A DNA stretch of 64,000 nucleotides, from assembly GCA_003518105.1 (NCBI GenBank), contig DOZH01000005.1, positions 40,513 to 104,512 of the forward strand. The letters are read 5' to 3'. The stretch's first letter is position 1, and every line of letters starts with the position of its first letter. Shown piece after piece: positions 51,942-60,225 of the stretch. Below the pieces are notes generated by a model. It was not told where the DNA came from. It saw only the letters and a list, made by a program, of their open reading frames with translations, and ran no database searches. Made by a program: the position numbers and the translations under genes. Source of the stretch: Candidatus Uhrbacteria bacterium. GTDB lineage: Bacteria; Patescibacteriota; Patescibacteriia; UBA9934.

Positions 51942-52013
51942 GCGCTTTTATTGGGCTTTATTGAAAACGGCACGTGTAACAGGCTTATTTGAGAAAAAAG
52001 GAAGCTCATTTTC

Positions 52014-52042
52014 TGTTGATAACCTGTGGATTGTGTGGATAA
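52014..52042. promoter_or_regulatory. DnaA-box cluster (third locus, part a)
   Basis: TGTTGATAA (52014-52022), TGTGGATTG (52025-52033), perfect TGTGGATAA (52034-52042). Confidence 0.45.
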
Positions 52043-52441
52043 CTCAGCAATATGGAAACTGAAAAATCATATAATCATATTATTACAGGGGTAAGTTGGA
52101 AATTTAGCTATCCATCACATAAAGAATACATCTGTGCATAACTAGTTAAATTAATCGCAATCCCAGCTTATCAATCACTATTGAAAACTCTCAAGAGTAG
52201 AATATTGTTAGGTTAGTATTTGGCTAAAATTAGCCTAAAAATAGTTTATAACTTAACAGAAGATTGCCCTAGCCGCAGTAGACAATTCGAATATAACTTT
52301 TGTATTCATCAACGCAAAGTATCGATAAAAAATCTACTTCTCTGGCTCTAAAAAGCTATAAGAAATCTATAAATAAAATTAGTCCTTCAGTCATCTTATC
52401 GTAGTAATTTAGCGTCACCAACTCGTTTAAACGAACACAGT

Positions 52442-52487
52442 TTATCCACCGTCAAAAATCGCAAAATTACACCAAAAGTTATCCACA
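52442..52487. promoter_or_regulatory. DnaA-box pair (third locus, part b)
   Basis: TTATCCACC (52442-52450) and perfect TTATCCACA (52479-52487). Confidence 0.45.
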
Positions 52488-52573
52488 GTTAGGGGAAGAT
52501 GAACTCGAAATTACGCAAAAAATCACTTTAATTTTAGAGATCATAAGCCAAAAAAACACCAAAATAACCTTTT

Positions 52574-52597
52574 TTTGTCTACGCTAGAGTAGACAAA
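52574..52597. promoter_or_regulatory. Inverted-repeat operator candidate TTTGTCTA-N8-TAGACAAA (site 2)
   Basis: Perfect arms, about 120 nt upstream of the surface operon start. A half-site GTAGACAA is at 52278-52285. Confidence 0.45.
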
Positions 52598-52719
52598 TTC
52601 ATGAAACATTGTGAAACTTACAAAATTTAATTTAAGTATTCAGATAATTTAAAAGTTAGTCACCGCAGAGTCATCAGGCAAGTGGTTCAGTAGGAGATTC
52701 CGCGGTATACTGTAACCAT

Positions 52720-53634
52720 ATGCAGCGACGATGGAGCCTAATTCTAGCAGTCGTGTCACTCTTGTTGTTGGCCTTGAACGTCCCTCAAGTTTTGGCCGTC
52801 ATGTCCTCCACTAACTACTCCATCGGCTGGGACTCGGTTGGCGTCGGCGGGTCTGACACCTCGTCGAGCGCCACTTATAAACTTCGCGACAACTTCGGCT
52901 TCGTGCAGGGGGCCTCATCCTCGGCTAGTTACCAGTTTAACTCCGGCTACCGCGCCGGCGTCTATGATCGGGTAGCTGACTTCTCGGTCAACTCCCAACT
53001 CCGTTCAAGCGCCGTTGCCGCCACCTCAGCTACAGCTACCACAGTCACCGTCACTTCAACCTCAGGTTTCTCGGTTGGGGACTACATAGCCGTCATCCAG
53101 GACGAAGGTTCTGGCCAAATCTCAGAAATGGGAAAAATAACCTCTATCGCCAGTCCAATTATTACGGTCGACGCATTTAACGGGGCTGGGCCGTCAATTG
53201 ACGGTAGTAATGACCTTGTCTACCGTCTCTCAGGTAGCGCACTGGACCTCGGTACTCTCACCGCCTCGGCCGTGTCCACCTCCATCATCGGTTGGGACGT
53301 CACCGCCGACATCGCTCAGGGTTACAGTGTCTATATCATGGAAGACCACGACCTCCGTAATGCGGACAATATTGCCATCACCGACGTTGCTGACGGCACA
53401 GTCAGTGCTGGCATTGGCGAGTACGGTGCCAAGTCGTCGGACACCACCCTCGCCTCATCCACTTTCGACACCGCCGATACGGCCATCACCTCATCCCTCC
53501 AGCAAGTCGCCAGCCGCAGTGATAACAGTTTTAGCACACGCGACTTCCTCACCCTCAAAGTCGCTCCAGCTACAGCGCAGGCCTCTGGTACCTACAGCCA
53601 AACCGTGAGCCTTATTTATGTTGGCGATTACTAG
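52720..53634 (+). CDS. Secreted protein (signal peptide), first gene of the surface operon
   Basis: N-terminal RRWSLILAVVSLLLLALNVPQVLA. Ser/Thr/Ala-rich. No enzyme motif. Confidence 0.6.
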   Translation: MQRRWSLILAVVSLLLLALNVPQVLAVMSSTNYSIGWDSVGVGGSDTSSSATYKLRDNFGFVQGASSSASYQFNSGYRAGVYDRVADFSVNSQLRSSAVAATSATATTVTVTSTSGFSVGDYIAVIQDEGSGQISEMGKITSIASPIITVDAFNGAGPSIDGSNDLVYRLSGSALDLGTLTASAVSTSIIGWDVTADIAQGYSVYIMEDHDLRNADNIAITDVADGTVSAGIGEYGAKSSDTTLASSTFDTADTAITSSLQQVASRSDNSFSTRDFLTLKVAPATAQASGTYSQTVSLIYVGDY

Positions 53635-54532
53635 CCTCCGCTCGTTTGCGTTAGCCCTCGTTGGCCTTTGGTTTTTTTTATTACCAAGCTCCGCCTCGGC
53701 CTTATCGTTTACGCCTACCGCTACAGATCTCACGCTCATGCCAGGCGAAACTCTCACTAAAAATTTCACCCTTACTAACGATTCAACCGTCACTAAAAAT
53801 TATCTAACAGCCCTCAACCTTGTTCACTTCGACGCCACTACGAACGAACCTATCTTTGACGCCTGGCCTGCCTCCCTCAACTCATCGGTTATTATCGACA
53901 CTAACGACTTCACTCTCGATGCCAACGCTCAAAAAAATATCACTGTCACCGTCAGCCTACCCGCCAACACCACCGCCAGTTCACTCGTACTCGGCCTCAT
54001 CATCACCGAAGTGGCACCAGCGACCGTAGTTCAGGTCACGCCCGGCGTCAGCAGCCTCATCTTTGTCACCATCGGCCAACCCTCAGTTTTACCAGTTCTG
54101 ACAGGTTTTTCCGCCTCGTCATTTATTCGCAGCTCTCTGCCTATCGACTTCACCGGCAACATTATCAACAACGGCGATCGCACTTTGCAACCACTCGGCA
54201 CCGTTACGGTGTATAATGCGTTCAGTAAACGTCTCGCTACTTTTGACATCAACCCTACAGTGCGCCGCATTCCCACCAATCAGAATCGCGATTTCACCGT
54301 TACTTGGGGTTCGGCCCGGACCACCGGTAATTTCTTTCAAGAGTTATGGCGCGAAGTAACCAATTTTAAAGTTGGCTTCTTCACGGCAGAACTGTTGGTA
54401 GCACCATTTCCCGGCGCTGACGCCACCATCAGCCAAACCACGCACGTTATCGTGCTACCTTGGCGAGTGTTGCTAGTCGTCCTCGGGTTTGGTGCAATCA
54501 TCATCGTCTCTGTCCGCCGTCACAAGCGGTAA
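53618..54532 (+). CDS. Cell-surface protein with a signal peptide and a C-terminal membrane anchor
   Basis: N-terminal hydrophobic leader. C-terminal VLLVVLGFGAIIIVSV followed by RRHKR. 17-nt overlap with the upstream gene. Confidence 0.6.
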   Translation: MLAITSLRSFALALVGLWFFLLPSSASALSFTPTATDLTLMPGETLTKNFTLTNDSTVTKNYLTALNLVHFDATTNEPIFDAWPASLNSSVIIDTNDFTLDANAQKNITVTVSLPANTTASSLVLGLIITEVAPATVVQVTPGVSSLIFVTIGQPSVLPVLTGFSASSFIRSSLPIDFTGNIINNGDRTLQPLGTVTVYNAFSKRLATFDINPTVRRIPTNQNRDFTVTWGSARTTGNFFQELWREVTNFKVGFFTAELLVAPFPGADATISQTTHVIVLPWRVLLVVLGFGAIIIVSVRRHKR

Positions 54533-54541
54533 AAACCTCGT

Positions 54542-57082
54542 GTGAGGCAGTTTTTTTTAACCTTGCGTGCAACTTTTTTTATCATACTCGGAGGAGTGTG
54601 CATTTTGCATTCAGCCAATATTACCCAAGCCGCCACCGTGACAGATCTCTACGATCAGCCTTCGTCGCTCGTCATTTCCGCCGCCTCAAATCATAAATTT
54701 GTCTTCGTTCCAGCTAGCAATATCAGTGGCGGCAGCACCTTAACTTTCACCTTTGCCTCACAATTTACTACCACCAGTATCACCGAAGACGACGTCGACA
54801 TCGCCGACGATGGCGTAGACCTCACCACGGCCGTCAACTGCGCTGGTGCCGACCAAGCCTCAATCGCCATGGCCGGTAACATTTTAACCATCACCATTTG
54901 TGCTGGCAACGGTGGCGACATTGCACTTGGAAGTTCGGTTACTGTCGAGGTTGGCACCAACGCCTCGGCCTCAGGTAGCGGCACAAATCAAATCACTAAC
55001 CCTAGTACTGCCGCCACCTATTACATCACCTTAGGTGGTACCTTCGGCGACTCCGGTTCGATTCCATTGCCCTTTGTTACCAGCAATAGCGGCGGCGTTT
55101 CTGGTACCTTCACGGCTCCCAGTAGTGATAACGGTAATAATGGTTGCGGCGCTTGCGGTGGCGATCCAACCCCAACTCCCACACCCGACCCAACTCCAGT
55201 TCCAGATATTCCACCCGTCGAACCCACCCCAGAACCAACCCCAACACCTGAACCTACACCCACTCCGACCCCAGAACCAATCCCTACACCAACTCCCACC
55301 CCAGCGCCCGACTCAACCCCAACTCCAACCTCAGGCTCAACGCCTTCCTCGGGTTCGACGCCAACAACGACTCCCACCGAACCAACAACCCCACCTACTG
55401 AACCAATCACCGAGCCAAGTCAAAGTCCAGATTTGACCGCAAATCCACCAATCGAGCTCAGCTCGACCACCGCCACTCTTATCGTCGACGGCGGCCTTAC
55501 GCTCACCCCCGACGGAACTACTTTCTCTACTCTCGCTGGCACCCCCTCCACTATCAGCGTCACCCTAGATGAATCTACTCCAGTCACGGAAGCTCGTGTC
55601 ATCATCGACCATGTTGCCTACGTTTTAGTAGCCAACAATAGCTCGTACACAGCCAACATCGTGCTACCATCCGCCGACACCGCCCTCACCATTCAAGCCG
55701 ACCATACTGACGGTACTACGTCGACCTCATCCTACACCCTCAACGTCCAGGGCGGCGGCATGGTTTACGAAGTCGTCAATAAATCATGGGTGCCAGTTAG
55801 CGGCGCTATGGTTACGGTCTATCAAACTAGCGGCGGCTCGCATACAGCCTGGAATGCCTCAGCCTACGACTCCATCAATCCAGTCATCGTTGGCAGTAGT
55901 GGCGCCTATTCTTTCTACGTTCCGAACGGCACTTATCAAATCACCGCCAGTCACCTCGGTTTTCAAGAGGGAACTAGTCCCACAATCACAGTTACTAATC
56001 ACATCCTTACTACCTCGATCGAACTTAAACGAACAACGATTGCGCCAATTTCTCCTGCACCAACCGGTGCTATAAATATCGCAGTCGCCGCGGTCACCAC
56101 GCAGCTCGACGTCATTCGTGATATTCCGGCAGTCCAAGTTGCCACCTCAATTGCTACCCCCGCCACGGCCGTACTTGCCGCTACCTCAGCCGTTGCCTTG
56201 GCCTCCTCCTTCAGCCTTCTTCCATACCTCCAATACCTCTTCACCGCACCCTTCCTCTTCTTTGCTCGCCGTAAGCGTAAAGCTTTCGGTACCGTCTATA
56301 ATGCCGCCACCAAACTTCCAGTGGACCTCGCTATCATTCGTCTCTTTTCAAGTCCCGAGCATAAACTAATCCGCAGTGTCGTCACCAACCAAAAAGGTGA
56401 GTATTTGTTATCCGTCGCCGCCGGCACTTACACTATTGAAGTTCTAAAGCAAAATTTCTCCTTCCCAAGTGCCATCCTACAAGGCAAAAAAGACGATGGT
56501 GCATTCCTCGACGTCTACACTGGCCAAATCATCACCGTTTCTGATCAAGAAGCTACCATTGCCGCTAACATTCCGCTCGATCCTGCTGGCGCTGCTTCAC
56601 TCGCCACGCCACGTCATGCCGCCCTCATTCGCCTATTCCGCGTTGCCCAACAGGTCGTAGCTATTGCCGGCATAGTTCTGTCTATTGTTGTGCTCATCAT
56701 CGCGCCAACAATATTCACCACCATCATGTGCGTGGTGCAAATAATCGTCTATCTTTTAGTCCGTCGTTTGGCTCGTGTCCGCAAACCAAAAGGTTGGGGC
56801 ATTGTTTACGACGAGGTGACTAAGCAGCCTGTGAGTAACACCGTCGTCAGATTGTTCGAGCCCGTGTATAATAAACTCATCGAAACGGTTTTAACGGATC
56901 GCTTCGGTCGCTACGCTTTTCTTGTTGGGCCAAGTCAGTATTACGTCAGCTATAGTAAACCTGGTTACACCGAGAAATTGGTGCGACCAATTGACTTTAG
57001 CACCCGCACCGAGCCAACCGCTCTAGCGCTTGATGTACCACTAGCCGAAGCCGCAGAAGTTGTAGTCAAAACGGAGGTATGA
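54542..57082 (+). CDS. Large surface protein: signal peptide, Pro/Thr linker, CarboxypepD_reg-like repeats, several TM segments
   Basis: [30 protein letters not shown] linker. Two repeats of type GxVYxxxTKxPVxxxxxRLF. Hydrophobic segments near residues 560-590 and 700-740. Confidence 0.65.
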   Translation: MRQFFLTLRATFFIILGGVCILHSANITQAATVTDLYDQPSSLVISAASNHKFVFVPASNISGGSTLTFTFASQFTTTSITEDDVDIADDGVDLTTAVNCAGADQASIAMAGNILTITICAGNGGDIALGSSVTVEVGTNASASGSGTNQITNPSTAATYYITLGGTFGDSGSIPLPFVTSNSGGVSGTFTAPSSDNGNNGCGACGGDPTPTPTPDPTPVPDIPPVEPTPEPTPTPEPTPTPTPEPIPTPTPTPAPDSTPTPTSGSTPSSGSTPTTTPTEPTTPPTEPITEPSQSPDLTANPPIELSSTTATLIVDGGLTLTPDGTTFSTLAGTPSTISVTLDESTPVTEARVIIDHVAYVLVANNSSYTANIVLPSADTALTIQADHTDGTTSTSSYTLNVQGGGMVYEVVNKSWVPVSGAMVTVYQTSGGSHTAWNASAYDSINPVIVGSSGAYSFYVPNGTYQITASHLGFQEGTSPTITVTNHILTTSIELKRTTIAPISPAPTGAINIAVAAVTTQLDVIRDIPAVQVATSIATPATAVLAATSAVALASSFSLLPYLQYLFTAPFLFFARRKRKAFGTVYNAATKLPVDLAIIRLFSSPEHKLIRSVVTNQKGEYLLSVAAGTYTIEVLKQNFSFPSAILQGKKDDGAFLDVYTGQIITVSDQEATIAANIPLDPAGAASLATPRHAALIRLFRVAQQVVAIAGIVLSIVVLIIAPTIFTTIMCVVQIIVYLLVRRLARVRKPKGWGIVYDEVTKQPVSNTVVRLFEPVYNKLIETVLTDRFGRYAFLVGPSQYYVSYSKPGYTEKLVRPIDFSTRTEPTALALDVPLAEAAEVVVKTEV
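55408..55460 (+). repeat. AGCTSAGCT double-hairpin element, in-frame copy inside the 846-aa gene
   Basis: AGTCAAAGTCCAGATTTGACCGCAAATCCACCAATCGAGCTCAGCTCGACC, encoding [17 protein letters not shown]. Confidence 0.6.
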
Positions 57083-60000
57083 TGACTCGTGCCGCATTTC
57101 ATCTGCGACGATTCTTAGCTAGCTCCATGCTGGCCATCTTGTTGTTTTCAGGCCTCTTCGGTTTTACACTTTCTCAAGTCAACGCCGCCTCAGCCCCAAA
57201 CATTCTCAACTATCAAGGCCGCCTATTGAACGCGAACGGCGTACCGATCAGTGCTGCCTCGGCTAGCATGACCTTCGCGCTCTACACCGTGCTCGCCACT
57301 GGCAGCCCCGGTGACGCCGAATGTGTCTGGACTAATAGTAGCAGCAGTGGTTTTTCAGCGACGACTCGTACAGTAACCTTAACCGATGGCCTCTTTAGCG
57401 AAAACTTGGGTGACACCGCCGCTGGCACTCCCTATGCGGCTATCACTGATTCAATTTTTTCTAATAATGCCAATCTCTACCTAGAAATTACCATCAACGG
57501 TGAAATGCTCACTCCTCGCAAACAAATCGTCTCCGCTCCGTACGCCATGAACTCGGACACCCTCGACGGCTTCGACAGCACGCAAGCCGGCGGTACCACG
57601 GCCGCCACTCTCGTCCTCAACAGTTCTGGCAACCTCCAGCTCACCGGTAATCCAAGCGGTTCCACTATCAGCAGCGGTTCGCTTTATATTAATCCAGCTA
57701 CTGGCGACGTGGCTGCCAACGACGTTCTCTTTGGCATTGCTGTCACCGGTACCACAAAATTTTCTCTCGACGCCGAGGGCGACACTATCGCTACGGGCGA
57801 CCTCGCGGTTAATGGGGGGGACTTCACAACTAGTGCTACCACCTTCAATTTGCTCACCACCACCGCTACCACGCTCAGCTTCGCCTCAGCCGCCACTACC
57901 CTCAATATCAACAACGCAGCTGGCGTCTCCACCAAAACCATCAACATTGGTGGCACTTCTGCCGACAGTCCCAATGCCATCAACATCGCCACCGAAGGCA
58001 CCCAAGCCGACACCATCATCATCGGCAACAATAACGCGTCGACTCTGATGACCTTAACTGGTGGTAATGACTGGTCAATCGACAACGCTGGTATTATTAC
58101 GACAACTGGCAATATTACAACAGCTGGCGACGTCGCTGTTAACGGCGGTGGAATCACCTCGACAGACACTCTTGATATTTCCTCATCAAGCAGCAATATT
58201 TCATTGTCAGCAAGCGGCAGCGGATCGGGTATGGTCTACGTTACAGCGGGCGACAATTTTGCTGTCGGCGGTATCACAGACGCTGTTCCTTTCTCAGTAA
58301 CCGAAGCCACCAATTCGGTGCGCATCGGTGACGGAGCAAGTGATAGCAATGATCCAGCGATCAGATTCTTTGCTTCCGATGCTTCAGACGACGGCACCCT
58401 CAAATATGCAGACACTGATGCTTTCGAATTCTTTGGTGGCGACCTCGTCCATACTGCTATCGCTACTACAACCTTCGGTCAGCATTTTGTTAATGACTCA
58501 ATCACGAGCGGGGTCGGCATGTCTATCAGCCGTGCTGATGGCGTGACAGACTTTACAGGCGCCTTGCTCAGTATTGCTCAGAATGATACCAGTACTACCA
58601 GCACGGGCAATGCTTTAGTAGTTGTCCAAGACGCTAATAATACTAGTTGCGTCGCCGGTCCTTGCGCTAAAGGCCTTTTCATTGCTCAAGCCCACACTAC
58701 AGCCCACATCGCTGACGACCCAGGGGGGAGCGCTCTTGCTATCGACATAGGTGAAGCAGGCAGTACCGACGACGCCATTGTTCTTCGAGCTGGTCCTGCT
58801 ACAACTTTCCGTGTGACTACCGAAGGTAATGCCTACGCCGACGGTGCCTTTACTGGTGGTGGCGCTGACTTGGCTGAGTATTTTCCCACCTCCAACACTA
58901 GTCTCGGCAGTGGTCAAATAGTTTGCCAAGATACAGTGAATAAAAATCAAGTTACGCAGTGTATTAACAGTCAGTACGCTCCGATCGGTGTAGTTTCAGA
59001 CAATCCTGCCTTTATCGGTAATCTCATAGGTGATGCTTCTGAAGATCTGCGCCACAACCCTAATTATAGTCTCGTCGGTTTGCTCGGTCAGATCGACACC
59101 TTGGTCGACGACAGCAGGGGAGTCATCAACATCGGTGACCCCATCACGGCCTCGTCAGCTACCAGCGGCTACGGCGCCAAAGCTATCGGCGCTGGTCGCA
59201 TTGTCGGTTACGCCCTCGAACCTCTCTCATCCACCACCGGCACTATCCGCGTGCTCGTCCAACCACAATGGTTCGGCGGTACAGTAGCGGCTCCAGCCCC
59301 TGCCACCTCGGCCGAAGTTGTCGCTGCTAACCCAGTTGTTATCGCCGATAATTCCGTTTCTGGCTTAACCAACACCTCTGTTCTCGACGTCGACGGTTCG
59401 CTCAACATGAACGGCGGTCGTATTCTATCCGTCTCATCATTGCAGGGTCTCGGTGGTAACTGGCACCTGGCCGAGAACGGTGACTTCACTACCCACGGTC
59501 AATTCATTGGCTTGGTCAATGGCTACAGCGGCGCCCCAGTCGAGACTTATGCCACGATGAGTCGCCAGCATCTCATTCAACTCTCCGGCACTGCTACCCT
59601 CCAAAACGGCATCGCTCACGTTCTCTTCGTAGACGTCGACCCTCAGTTCGCCGACGTTATCAGTAACACCTCACCTTACCGCGTCATCGCCACGCCTTCT
59701 GGTCTCACTGGCCAAATCTACATCAGCGAACGCACTCTCACTGGCTTCACCATCCGCGACATCAATAACTCAAACGGCGTCGAGGTTGACTGGTTAGTTA
59801 TGGCCTATAATAAAGACTTCTCCCCAGACTCGGTCATCACTGTGCCTGTTGTTGAGCCAGTTATCGGTAATGCTCCACCCGCCTCTGCTCCATCAGTCGA
59901 GCCATCTGCTGACACCACTGCTCCCCTCACCGAACCAGCTATCATCGATCCTCAAGTTGATGCTTTAGTAGTCGCCGAAGACCCGGTTATTACCACCGAA

Positions 60001-60207
60001 CCGGTCATTACGCCCGACCCAGTTGCCGACGCTCCCGTTATTGCCGAGCCAGTCTCGACTCCTGACCCAGCCGTTACCGAGTCAAGCCAAAGCTCAGCTT
60101 TGGCCGCAAATCCAACAAGCGAGCTGAGCTCGCCCGAGCCTGTAGCCGAAGCTGCACCAGTAGTCGAGCCATCACCCGCAAACCCTCCTCCAGCTATGGG
60201 GGAGTAG
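57079..60207 (+). CDS. Giant secreted protein (1042 aa), fibre/adhesin-like
   Basis: Signal peptide (LASSMLAILLFSGLFGFTLSQVNA), long Thr/Ser/Gly/Ala-rich repeats, ADLAEYFP...GDPITAS C-terminal domain, Pro-rich tail. ATGA overlap with the upstream gene. Confidence 0.65.
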   Translation: MMTRAAFHLRRFLASSMLAILLFSGLFGFTLSQVNAASAPNILNYQGRLLNANGVPISAASASMTFALYTVLATGSPGDAECVWTNSSSSGFSATTRTVTLTDGLFSENLGDTAAGTPYAAITDSIFSNNANLYLEITINGEMLTPRKQIVSAPYAMNSDTLDGFDSTQAGGTTAATLVLNSSGNLQLTGNPSGSTISSGSLYINPATGDVAANDVLFGIAVTGTTKFSLDAEGDTIATGDLAVNGGDFTTSATTFNLLTTTATTLSFASAATTLNINNAAGVSTKTINIGGTSADSPNAINIATEGTQADTIIIGNNNASTLMTLTGGNDWSIDNAGIITTTGNITTAGDVAVNGGGITSTDTLDISSSSSNISLSASGSGSGMVYVTAGDNFAVGGITDAVPFSVTEATNSVRIGDGASDSNDPAIRFFASDASDDGTLKYADTDAFEFFGGDLVHTAIATTTFGQHFVNDSITSGVGMSISRADGVTDFTGALLSIAQNDTSTTSTGNALVVVQDANNTSCVAGPCAKGLFIAQAHTTAHIADDPGGSALAIDIGEAGSTDDAIVLRAGPATTFRVTTEGNAYADGAFTGGGADLAEYFPTSNTSLGSGQIVCQDTVNKNQVTQCINSQYAPIGVVSDNPAFIGNLIGDASEDLRHNPNYSLVGLLGQIDTLVDDSRGVINIGDPITASSATSGYGAKAIGAGRIVGYALEPLSSTTGTIRVLVQPQWFGGTVAAPAPATSAEVVAANPVVIADNSVSGLTNTSVLDVDGSLNMNGGRILSVSSLQGLGGNWHLAENGDFTTHGQFIGLVNGYSGAPVETYATMSRQHLIQLSGTATLQNGIAHVLFVDVDPQFADVISNTSPYRVIATPSGLTGQIYISERTLTGFTIRDINNSNGVEVDWLVMAYNKDFSPDSVITVPVVEPVIGNAPPASAPSVEPSADTTAPLTEPAIIDPQVDALVVAEDPVITTEPVITPDPVADAPVIAEPVSTPDPAVTESSQSSALAANPTSELSSPEPVAEAAPVVEPSPANPPPAMGE
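60085..60135 (+). repeat. AGCTSAGCT double-hairpin element, in-frame copy inside the 1042-aa gene
   Basis: GCCAAAGCTCAGCTTTGGCCGCAAATCCAACAAGCGAGCTGAGCTCGCC, encoding SQSSALAANPTSELSSP. Confidence 0.6.
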
Positions 60208-60225
60208 GAGGGGGCTTTAACTTAT
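60185..60225 (+). repeat. PPAMGE mini-palindromic repeat at the 3' end of the 1042-aa gene
   Basis: CTCCTCCAGCTATGGGGGAGTAGGAGGGGGCTTTAACTTAT. It contains the gene's TAG stop and ends at the next gene's ATG. Confidence 0.75.

Noticed and set aside
55150-55400. The Pro/Thr-rich tract ([28 protein letters not shown]...) as a possible DNA tandem repeat or contingency locus.
   Set aside because: The nucleotide units are irregular with no exact tandem period that I could find. It is best explained as a low-complexity protein linker.
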